From IMG/VR virus record IMGVR_UViG_3300043395_004688: a stretch of DNA of 64,000 nucleotides; one strand, given 5' to 3'. The notes beneath the pieces were generated by a model that ran no database searches, was not told where the DNA came from, and was given only the letters and a program-made list of their open reading frames with translations. This stretch comes from a virus. Its lineage: Duplodnaviria > Caudoviricetes. Positions 56,303-64,000 of the stretch are shown piece after piece (position 1 is the first letter of the stretch; every line of letters starts with the position of its first letter). Position numbers and translations under genes: made by a program.

Positions 56303-57154
56303 ATGTCAACGATTACCGATATTTCCAAAGAAATTGCTGCTGCTGTTGCCGGAGTTAGCCACGATGCTAATTTCAAGGATTCTGACGGCAACGATACCCT
56401 ACAGCAAGAACAAGCAACTTATTTGTATTTGCCAAAGTTTGGCATGATGGTTTTTATTAATCATGAAAACAGCGATGTTGAAATTTGGTATGATCCTGTA
56501 AAAACAGACGATGAATGGCTTGCAAATAATTTTAAGCCAATGCTAGAAGCTATTGCCCGTCGTTATTTGTATGGAACCAGCGTTCGTAGCTATGAAGGTG
56601 ATATTAAACCAAAACAGCTAAGTCATAGAACTGAGGTAACCGAAAGCCGTAACAGTTTAAAAATCAGCTACCACCCATTGGGAGATACTCAAATTAGAGT
56701 AGCTCATACCAAGTCAATTACTGAAGAAAAGCCAGGTGCTCGTAGTCGAAACATCAAGGCAGTATTCATTGAGAAAGATGGAGAGCGTTTTCGCTTCCCT
56801 TATAATCATTTGATGGGTGCTCGTGTTATGGGCTTGCATGTTGAAAGCGGTGGCAGACCTTGGGACGATCTTGGTGAGAAGATCTTAGAAATTAGCCGTC
56901 GTCGCCGAGAAATCATGGAACTGCTACGCTGGTCAAAGAAACTTGAAGAAACTGACCACATTACAGAAATTAAAAAGCGTGGCAAAGATGAAGTCTTTAT
57001 GATTCGTCGTATGATGGAGCGAGCAGCTCGTACCGGCGACTTATCTGAAATCCGTGAATTTCAACTACCTGCAAAAGACAAAATGATTGAACAATCAATG
57101 GTCAGCGAAGCAGTTGGCGAGCTCAGTGATTCACTAAGCAAATTACTAAGTTAA
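56303..57154 (+). CDS. Hypothetical late structural protein
   Basis: TAAATA at 56292-56297; GARSRNIKAVFIEKDGERFRFP motif. Confidence 0.7.
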   Translation: MSTITDISKEIAAAVAGVSHDANFKDSDGNDTLQQEQATYLYLPKFGMMVFINHENSDVEIWYDPVKTDDEWLANNFKPMLEAIARRYLYGTSVRSYEGDIKPKQLSHRTEVTESRNSLKISYHPLGDTQIRVAHTKSITEEKPGARSRNIKAVFIEKDGERFRFPYNHLMGARVMGLHVESGGRPWDDLGEKILEISRRRREIMELLRWSKKLEETDHITEIKKRGKDEVFMIRRMMERAARTGDLSEIREFQLPAKDKMIEQSMVSEAVGELSDSLSKLLS

Positions 57155-57157
57155 TTT

Positions 57158-57184
57158 AAAAAGCCCCTTAAAAGGGGCTTTTTA
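57158..57184. terminator. Bidirectional intrinsic terminator
   Basis: AAAAAGCCCCT-TAAA-AGGGGCTTTTT between convergent genes. Confidence 0.88.
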
Positions 57185-57274
57185 TTACACCAATCGTTCT
57201 ATACAGATAAAGTTGTTATTCCAGCTAGCATCAATTACACGAACACCATTTAGTGATACACCTTGTATTATCAT
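57185..57274 (-). pseudogene. 29-codon mini-ORF/gene remnant repeating the fibre C-terminus
   Basis: ATG overlaps the fibre TGA (ATGA); [29 protein letters not shown], versus fibre end ...[12 protein letters not shown]. Confidence 0.55.
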
Positions 57275-59748
57275 ACTAGTCGTTCAATAGAAATCATATT
57301 GTTGGCGTAGCCGGGACCTATCACAAACGAGATGCGCCAGGCTAGTCCAGCACCGGTGTCATTGATAGTCCAAGTGCCACTGTCGCCTGCAACGGTAAAG
57401 TTGTTGACAGCGTTCAAGTAAGCAGGAGTTGTTGTTACACTCAATGGTGACACGCTGGTAATATTAGTGCCACCTATTGTACCGGCAGCATTGTAGACGC
57501 TAGATCCGTATACAGAGTAAGTTCCGCTAACAGTTGATACCTGCAAACTGCGATTGCCTGATGTTGGTATTCTTGCTCGTAGATTACCTAATGTGACATC
57601 AACACCTGCGTTGACGAACCCACTCGCTCTGTTATTCAGTAGTGTACCTACTCCTGTTGCGGCTATTGATAGATCAATATAAGCACCTCTATAGTTGCTG
57701 CCATTTTCATAAATTCTAACTCTATCTACATACTGATCAATAACAACATTACTGCCACTTAGGCTAGAATTAGGTGATTTAGCTAATTGTACTTCGCCGC
57801 CCTCGTTGGCACTGGCATTTGTAGAAACTAAAGTATTTCCGCTGACCGCGCCGGTTGCAGTGATAGTGCTAACAGAACCTAATGTTACTGTAGGATTGAT
57901 TTGGGTGACTTCCATATGAGCATAGTCACCCGAAACCTCAATAGTATTGCCTGTTGTTTGGCGTAATTCATAAGTTGTATTCGAGCTAGGTGATACTATA
58001 GCTTTAGCATTATTAGTTGTGCCTATTGCACCAGGAGCACTAACAACTTCGCTGAAACCTTCTACACCGACATAAGCACCGTTAGTCACATCATACCAAC
58101 GGAACATACCCCAGGTACTACTGGAAACAAATCTTCCTATAATGGCTTCAAGTTTGTATGTGTGGCCACCAGTGAGTCTGACTTGTGTATTGCTGATCTT
58201 GTTGATTAAATTACCATTACTGTTTAATGTTGTTTGGAAGTTAATGGGTTGACCTATTCCAATCCCACTTTGGGTGGCGTTATTTTTTGCGAATAGATAA
58301 CTGCTGTTTATCAGTCCAGTGGCTGTAAGTGCTTCACCGTTGAGTGTAATACTGCCGGCATCGATGCTTGTTAAACCAGTAAATGAAGTTGGCTTGTTGG
58401 TTAGATCATCGTAGTCTCCACTGGTCGCTACTGTGGCCAATGTTGGAGTATTTGCAATTTGACTATATTGTATATTAGGAATATCACGACCATCAACATT
58501 AATACGATTGCCAGGACCCAAGTCAGTCCAATAAGTTGTATTTGATGTTGGCAAACTTTCATTGTCATAATTTGCCACAAATATATTACCGTTGTCATAA
58601 ACCACATCGCCGGCCAAATAACGAGTACCATCGGCAATAGTATGATTCACTGTCCATTGTGGTGCAGACCTAATTATAGTTGGGGTATTAGTTAGATCAT
58701 TGTAATCACCGCTAAATGGTGCAGGCAAATCGCCGAGGGTAATAAACCCGGCGCTATTAGTTAATTGATTAGTATCCGTAGGAATAGTCGGAGTGTTGGT
58801 TAAGTCATTATAGTCGCCAGTATAGGCTGTGGTTTGAATTGTGTAATCTGGAAATACTAAAGTTCCATTAGTCTTAAGTTGCCAAAAGTTTCCAGAATCA
58901 AGTGTTCCTAATAATAAATCAACACCAGCATTACTAAACATCTGCGCTGTGCCATACTGCGAAGTTGGCACTTTGATATAGCCTTGTGCTTCTAAGGTAA
59001 AGTTATAGCTGCCGTTAGTAAGCTGATTAGTACTGGCAGAAATTATTGGCTTGTTTGTTAGGTCATTGTAATCACCACTGAATGGTGCTGGCACATCTGC
59101 TAGGGTAATAAAACCACTATCGTTTGTTAATTGATTCGTTGAAGTTGGTATTGAGGGTTTGTTGGTTAGGTCATTATAATCACCGCTAAATGTACCATCA
59201 CCTGCTGCCCATGTCAAATTGCCTACGCCATCATTTTTTAAATATCCAAAAGCATCTGCTGGTAAATTTGCAGCGCCATCTGCTCCAGCTGGACCTTGTT
59301 CGCCTGTATCTCCTTTGGGTCCTTGTGGTCCCTGTGGACCTGTTTCACCTGTATCTCCCTTAGGTCCTTGTGGACCTGTAGCACCTGTTTCACCTGTATC
59401 TCCCTTAGGTCCTTGTGGACCTGTAGCACCTGTTTCACCGGTATCTCCTTTGGGTCCTGGTGCGCCATCTGCTCCAGCTGGACCTGTTTCACCGGTATCT
59501 CCTTTAGGTCCTGGTGCGCCATCTGCTCCAGCTGGACCTGTGGCACCTGTAGCACCTGTTTCACCAGTATCACCTTTTGGTCCCTGCGCCCCGATTCCTC
59601 CTCCGCCAATTAAAGTACCACCGGCAACAGTACCGTCATGATAATAAAGATTACCATTTCTATAGGTGATCTCACCAAGTCTTCCGTAGTGGGTCGATGG
59701 GTTTGCTTCGTTAACCTTAAAGGTTAGAATTTTTCGAAAAGCAGTCAT
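57271..59748 (-). CDS. Collagen-like fibre protein
   Basis: 36 uninterrupted Gly-X-Y triplets (aa 53-160); repeated [11 protein letters not shown] motifs; TAAATA at 59785-59790 (-) and SD AAAGGA. Confidence 0.88.
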   Translation of the reverse strand: MTAFRKILTFKVNEANPSTHYGRLGEITYRNGNLYYHDGTVAGGTLIGGGGIGAQGPKGDTGETGATGATGPAGADGAPGPKGDTGETGPAGADGAPGPKGDTGETGATGPQGPKGDTGETGATGPQGPKGDTGETGPQGPQGPKGDTGEQGPAGADGAANLPADAFGYLKNDGVGNLTWAAGDGTFSGDYNDLTNKPSIPTSTNQLTNDSGFITLADVPAPFSGDYNDLTNKPIISASTNQLTNGSYNFTLEAQGYIKVPTSQYGTAQMFSNAGVDLLLGTLDSGNFWQLKTNGTLVFPDYTIQTTAYTGDYNDLTNTPTIPTDTNQLTNSAGFITLGDLPAPFSGDYNDLTNTPTIIRSAPQWTVNHTIADGTRYLAGDVVYDNGNIFVANYDNESLPTSNTTYWTDLGPGNRINVDGRDIPNIQYSQIANTPTLATVATSGDYDDLTNKPTSFTGLTSIDAGSITLNGEALTATGLINSSYLFAKNNATQSGIGIGQPINFQTTLNSNGNLINKISNTQVRLTGGHTYKLEAIIGRFVSSSTWGMFRWYDVTNGAYVGVEGFSEVVSAPGAIGTTNNAKAIVSPSSNTTYELRQTTGNTIEVSGDYAHMEVTQINPTVTLGSVSTITATGAVSGNTLVSTNASANEGGEVQLAKSPNSSLSGSNVVIDQYVDRVRIYENGSNYRGAYIDLSIAATGVGTLLNNRASGFVNAGVDVTLGNLRARIPTSGNRSLQVSTVSGTYSVYGSSVYNAAGTIGGTNITSVSPLSVTTTPAYLNAVNNFTVAGDSGTWTINDTGAGLAWRISFVIGPGYANNMISIERLV
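59269..59592 (-). repeat. Collagen Gly-X-Y coding repeat
   Basis: Recurrent [10 protein letters not shown] units; nucleotide-level repeats of CCTGTTTCACC(T/G)GTATCTCC. Confidence 0.9.
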
Positions 59749-59933
59749 ATTGTATCCTTTGCATCAGCAATGTAGCTATTTTCATATTTACCGTTATTTG
59801 GCGAAATTGGCTATTGCTTTTTGTCTGCGGTCATAAGTACAATACAACACATGCAAAGACAATCTGAGCATGAGTTGTTTGGCTCACTAAGAGACTAACA
59901 CTAATAATGGCTAATATATAAAGGAAAAACATT

Positions 59934-60923
59934 ATGGCTTCTCTAGCAGAAATCCGCGCTCGCCTAGCCGAGCAGGCAGCAAAATCCGGTGGTTCTAATA
60001 CCGGTACCGGTGACAACGCAATTTTCGCACACTGGAACATCCCCGAAGGTACATCCGCATCAATTCGTTTCCTCCCAGACGGCGACGATTCCAACACATT
60101 TTTCTGGCGTGAGCGTCAGATGATGCGTTTTGAGTTCGCTGGTGTTAAGGGCGGCGACGAAAACAAAAAGGTTGTAGTCCAGGTTCCTTGCGTTGAAATG
60201 TGGGGCGAGACTTGCCCTGTACACGCACAAATCCGTCCTTGGTTTAAGGATCCTAACATGGAGTCTTTGGGCCGTAAGTATTGGAAGAAGCGTAGTTATG
60301 TGTTCCAGGGCTTTGTTGTAAACAGCCCCATTGAGGAACAAAACACTCCAGAAAATCCTATTCGTAGGTTTATCATCAGTCCTCAGATCTTTACCATCAT
60401 CAAGCAGGCACTAATGGATCCTGAGATGGAAGAACTGCCAACTGATTATCAGCGTGGTACCGACTTCCGTTTGAACAAGACCCAGAAGGGTGGCTATGCT
60501 GACTACTCTACCAGCTCATGGGCTCGTAAGGAGCGTGGTCTAAACGAAACCGAGTTGCAGGCTATTGCAACTCACGGCTTGTTCAACTTGAACGACTTCA
60601 TGCCCAAGCGTCCGGGTGTAGACGAAGTTCGTGCCATCGTTGAGATGTTTGAAGCATCTGTAGATGGTCAGTTGTATGATCCAGATCGTTGGAGCAAGTT
60701 CTATCGCCCAACCGGCGTGCAGTTGGCTGGTTCGTCTACAGCTTCCAAGACTGATGACGATGTAGATGAAGATACGCCTGCGCCAGTGGCTTCCAAGCCA
60801 GTAGCGGCCCCTGCGTCAAAGCCTGCGGCACCAGTTGCTACAGCGGCAGCACCAGCAGCCGAGGGTGGAGCCAAGCCCAGCGTTGATGATATCCTTAAGA
60901 TGATTCGTAGCCGTCAGACCTAA
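59934..60923 (+). CDS. gp32: Single-stranded DNA-binding protein (T4 gp32-like)
   Basis: IRFLPDGD, CVEMWGETCPVH, RKYWKKRSY, GTDFRLNKTQKGGYADY; Ala/Pro linker and DDILKMIRSRQ tail. Confidence 0.93.
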   Translation: MASLAEIRARLAEQAAKSGGSNTGTGDNAIFAHWNIPEGTSASIRFLPDGDDSNTFFWRERQMMRFEFAGVKGGDENKKVVVQVPCVEMWGETCPVHAQIRPWFKDPNMESLGRKYWKKRSYVFQGFVVNSPIEEQNTPENPIRRFIISPQIFTIIKQALMDPEMEELPTDYQRGTDFRLNKTQKGGYADYSTSSWARKERGLNETELQAIATHGLFNLNDFMPKRPGVDEVRAIVEMFEASVDGQLYDPDRWSKFYRPTGVQLAGSSTASKTDDDVDEDTPAPVASKPVAAPASKPAAPVATAAAPAAEGGAKPSVDDILKMIRSRQT

Positions 60924-60986
60924 TTGACACTACACAAGGAGGGTAGATGATTCTACCCTCCTCATCATTAATAAAGGATAGATATC

Positions 60987-62081
60987 ATGGTTCAAAAAGC
61001 ATTTGATGTAAGTAAATTTAGAAAGAGCCTGACCAAGGCTGTGCCTGGCATGAGCTCAGGCTTCAACGATCCAAGAGACTGGATCAGTACTGGTAATCAC
61101 ACTCTCAACTACCTTATGACCGGCGACTTCAATCGCGGCATTCCACTGGGTAAGGTTACCATGTTTGCTGGTGAATCCGGCGCAGGCAAGAGTTACATCT
61201 GTTCGGGTAACCTTGTAAAGAACGCACAAGCACAGGGTATTCTCCCAGTGATCCTTGACAGCGAAAACGCACTGGACGAAGACTGGTTGCGAGCATTGGG
61301 TATTGACACAGCACCTGACAAGTTGATGCGCTTTGGTGTCAGCATGATCGATGAAGTGGCCAAGTTCATTTCAGAATTCATGAAGGAATACAAGGACGCA
61401 TATGGCGAGATGCCATACGAAGACCAGCAAAAGGTCTTGTTTGTTATTGACTCTGTGGGTATGTTGCTGACTCCTACCGACATCAACCAGTTTGAAGCCG
61501 GTGACATGAAAGGCGACATGGGTCGTAAGGCCAAGGCACTGACTGCCCTGATCAAGAACACCGTAAACAGGATTGCACCGCACCCAGTAGGGTTGGTTGT
61601 TACTAACCACACATACGCAAGCCAAGACATGTTTGACCCAGATGACAAGATTACTGGTGGACAGGGTTTTATCTATGCATCGAGTATGGTAGTGGCCATG
61701 CGTAAGCTCAAGTTGAAGACTGATGCTGACGGCAACAAGACTTCAACTGTAAATGGTATTCGTGCCGCATGTAAGATTATGAAAACTCGCTATTCAAAGC
61801 CATTTGAAAGTGTGCAGGTTGAAATTCCTTACTCCACAGGTATGGATCCTTATTCAGGTCTTGTTGACTTGTTTGAAGCTCGCGGCTGGTTGAAAAAGGA
61901 AGGCAACAAGCTGTCCTACACTACGCTAGACGGCGAAGTAATTAAGGAATTCCGTAAAGGCTACACAGATGAAATTCTCGATGTGATCATGAAGGATGTG
62001 GTTGCTCGCGGAACTGACATGGCTTACCAAGGGGCTATTAGTCCTAATGGTGAAGCTGACGCTGCTCCAATCGAAGAGTAA
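60987..62081 (+). CDS. uvsX: RecA-like recombinase
   Basis: GKVTMFAGESGAGKS, VIDSVG, VTNHTY, ITGGQG. Confidence 0.95.
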   Translation: MVQKAFDVSKFRKSLTKAVPGMSSGFNDPRDWISTGNHTLNYLMTGDFNRGIPLGKVTMFAGESGAGKSYICSGNLVKNAQAQGILPVILDSENALDEDWLRALGIDTAPDKLMRFGVSMIDEVAKFISEFMKEYKDAYGEMPYEDQQKVLFVIDSVGMLLTPTDINQFEAGDMKGDMGRKAKALTALIKNTVNRIAPHPVGLVVTNHTYASQDMFDPDDKITGGQGFIYASSMVVAMRKLKLKTDADGNKTSTVNGIRAACKIMKTRYSKPFESVQVEIPYSTGMDPYSGLVDLFEARGWLKKEGNKLSYTTLDGEVIKEFRKGYTDEILDVIMKDVVARGTDMAYQGAISPNGEADAAPIEE

Positions 62082-62086
62082 TCAGC

Positions 62087-62467
62087 ATGTCTGATGACCA
62101 TGAAACATGGTTACGGGAACAAGGTGCAAGGATTGTTGGGAAGCAGTCCTTTCGCCGCTATATCCTAGACCGTATGCCAGTTAATTATACAGCTACGGAT
62201 ATGATGGCCACTGTGAATACTGTTGACGATTACCTCTATCATCTCGAAGTTCCTGCCGCTTTACTGGAGCGTTGGAGTAGGAACAGTAGACAATTAAAGC
62301 ATTTAATAGAGTTAGCAGACAGATACAATTCATCACCGGTGACTGAATATGCAAAAGGTGTTGAACGACACCAAGAGTTACTGCGCGAAAATCCAATGTA
62401 CAAAGAAGCCTGGCGAGAATTTCAGTCCATTAGAGCCTTGCTTGGTGAAAATACATATTGGCCTTAA
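62087..62467 (+). CDS. Hypothetical protein
   Basis: 126-aa ORF in operon after uvsX. Confidence 0.65.
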   Translation: MSDDHETWLREQGARIVGKQSFRRYILDRMPVNYTATDMMATVNTVDDYLYHLEVPAALLERWSRNSRQLKHLIELADRYNSSPVTEYAKGVERHQELLRENPMYKEAWREFQSIRALLGENTYWP

Positions 62468-62491
62468 CACAAATTTTTGCTATACTGTACT

Positions 62492-62971
62492 ATGTTTAAA
62501 AAACTCATGCAACGCCTGGATCGTCATAGAGTCATTCTTGACAGGCAATCCAATGAACCATACCTTGAAAGATACTATCTTTTCCTTAAGGATAGAAAAT
62601 GGTTCCCTTTCAATGTGTTTTTGCATAAGTTCCTTAAAAGCGATCCGGATGATGTACATGATCACCCATGGCCGTATGCCACTTTAATTCTTCGTGGCGG
62701 ATACTACGAATGGACTCCCAAGTTTGACCACACCGGGAAAAAGATCGGCGAAGTACAACACTGGCGAGGCCCTGGACATTTTCGTACATGCGGCGCCGAA
62801 AGCTATCATAGGATTGAACTTGATCCTAGCGTAGAATGTTGGACATTGTTTATGCCGGGTCCTCAAAAGCGCGAGTGGGGATTCTTAGTGTCCAGCAAAG
62901 GACAAGATCGCTGGATACACAATGAAATATACCTGACTAAAAAGGCTAAACAAGAGAACTTGGATTACTAA
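62492..62971 (+). CDS. Cupin-like (His-rich) hypothetical protein
   Basis: FLHKF...DDVHDHPW...LILRGGYYE...YHRIEL...WTLF; ATG 62492 preferred over TTG 62477. Confidence 0.7.
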   Translation: MFKKLMQRLDRHRVILDRQSNEPYLERYYLFLKDRKWFPFNVFLHKFLKSDPDDVHDHPWPYATLILRGGYYEWTPKFDHTGKKIGEVQHWRGPGHFRTCGAESYHRIELDPSVECWTLFMPGPQKREWGFLVSSKGQDRWIHNEIYLTKKAKQENLDY

Positions 62972-63013
62972 GTATCCAGTACTAATTTGTACGCCAACTA
63001 TGGAGAGATGATA

Positions 63014-63253
63014 ATGCAAGACATGGGTGTAATGATAGCGCAAATGTGGCTATCCCTAAAACCGTATATTGACAAGAAGGAAAGGTCAGAAGCAGCAGTG
63101 GCCTTTCTAAGAAGTTGTGAGGATTTTGTTGATCTGGAAGCAATCAGAGAAGAAGCAACAGATGATGCCGACAGCGCATTACTAGGTGCCTTTGCTGAGT
63201 TACTAGGCGAAGATCCTGACGAAGAAGATCACGATTACAACGAGGAATACTGA
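63014..63253 (+). CDS. Small acidic hypothetical protein
   Basis: SD GGAG 63002-63005 fits ATG 63014; coupled to uvsY. Confidence 0.6.
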   Translation: MQDMGVMIAQMWLSLKPYIDKKERSEAAVAFLRSCEDFVDLEAIREEATDDADSALLGAFAELLGEDPDEEDHDYNEEY

Positions 63254-63714
63254 TGAGCCAGTGGTATAGGAAGGTAGCACAAGATATTGGAAATCTTCCT
63301 GACTGCATTGCCTATTTTGAAAACCAATTAATTGAAGCTCGTGGTGAGCTCAAAATGATTGGTAGTTTAGAACGGGCCAGCAGAGAAATGCCAGGCATTG
63401 TTGAGTATCGTTTCAACCAGCTTCAAGAAATTGAAGCCATTCTTGAACACCTGAATATCGAACTTCGCAAACTTCGTAGTGCCAAGTTCCGTCAATTTAC
63501 GGAACACTACAATAGAACTCTTAGCAGTCGTGACGCAGAGAAGTATGTAGATGGCGAACCAGAGGTTGCAGACATGGACAGTATTGTCAATGAATTTGCT
63601 CTAGTAAGAAACAAGTTCATTGGCCTTACCAAGGCCATTGATAGTAAACAGTTTCAAATTAATAATGTTACTAAATTGCGAGTTGCAGGCTTAGAAGATG
63701 TAGAACTGCGATAG
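63253..63714 (+). CDS. uvsY: Recombination mediator UvsY
   Basis: RDAEKYVDGE...KAIDSKQFQINNVTKLRVAGLED; near uvsX. Confidence 0.85.
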   Translation: MSQWYRKVAQDIGNLPDCIAYFENQLIEARGELKMIGSLERASREMPGIVEYRFNQLQEIEAILEHLNIELRKLRSAKFRQFTEHYNRTLSSRDAEKYVDGEPEVADMDSIVNEFALVRNKFIGLTKAIDSKQFQINNVTKLRVAGLEDVELR

Positions 63715-63834
63715 TTAGCAAATACTAACTTTTAGGCCCAAAAGTGTTGCAAAAAAGCCACATTTTTGGGCTATTTTTGTGGCAAAAAAGCCACAAAAAA
63801 TCTGCTTACAAATCAATGACTTACAAACCCCCTA

Positions 63835-63989
63835 AAAACTGTCAAAAAACGGTTGACCTTTGAGCCCAGATCCAGCATAATAAGAACATGATGCAAAACA
63901 AGGCCCAAAAACAGCAAGTGTTGTATGTGTGCAACATTGCTAAAAACCGTCAAAAAACGGTTGACCTTTGAGCCCTGTTACTGCATAAT
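63835..63989 (+). promoter_or_regulatory. Tandem duplicated early promoters
   Basis: AAAAAC(T/C)GTCAAAAAACGGTTGACCTTTGAGCCC twice, 108 bp apart; each has TTGACC-17 nt-CATAAT (63853/63876 and 63961/63984). Confidence 0.8.
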
Positions 63990-64000
63990 AGATATTGTGT

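Noticed and set aside
57185-57310. DGR template/variable repeat pair (an Mtd-N-like fibre is also present)
   Set aside because: Mismatches are not confined to adenines, identity is low (23/33), and no reverse transcriptase gene is in the window.
59219-59641. Overlapping Pro/Cys-rich ORFs in other frames of the collagen region
   Set aside because: Artefacts of the Gly-X-Y codon periodicity.
59840-59886. H-type pseudoknot in the gp32 leader (CAATACAAC with GTTGTTTG)
   Set aside because: The 5' strand overlaps the predicted -10 box and probably lies upstream of the transcript start; the pairing is weak.
1-64000. Stop-codon reassignment, as in some large phages
   Set aside because: Core genes (gp17, gp18, gp20, gp23, gp46) are full length in the standard code, and TAA, TAG and TGA all end genes.
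1-64000. Bacterial contractile injection system or integrated prophage
   Set aside because: Capsid, portal, terminase, late sigma and replication-recombination genes are present, with no host genes, integrase or att site seen.

Overview
This window is a 64-kb segment of a large T4-like (myovirus, probably jumbo) bacteriophage genome read in the standard genetic code. It holds most of the virion morphogenesis genes: baseplate gp7-like/gp6/gp25/gp5/hub/gp53/gp48/gp26, tape measure, portal-protease-scaffold-major capsid, neck gp13/14, gp15, sheath, tube, gp4 and terminases gp16/17. It also carries three long repeat-rich fibre genes, a gp55 late sigma-gp47-gp46 operon, and an ssb-uvsX-uvsY cluster. 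All family calls come from motif recognition by eye, not database searches. Main points beyond the gene list: (1) a ~450-nt densely structured non-coding region (18426-18880) with a pseudoknot and long-range pairings, directly behind a histone-H1-like gene and a GIY-YIG nuclease gene, most resembling a ROOL-type large ornate RNA; (2) a degenerate late promoter TAARTA, often only 4-7 nt before start codons; (3) hairpins that contain the late promoter and bury the ribosome-binding site of late genes lying downstream of early genes (gp13, gp18); (4) a 29-codon chimeric mini-ORF that duplicates the C-terminus of the collagen fibre; (5) a >1324-codon gp7-like ORF missed by the ORF track; (6) tandem early-promoter repeats at the right edge. 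No tRNA, rRNA, CRISPR array, integrase or reverse transcriptase was seen.
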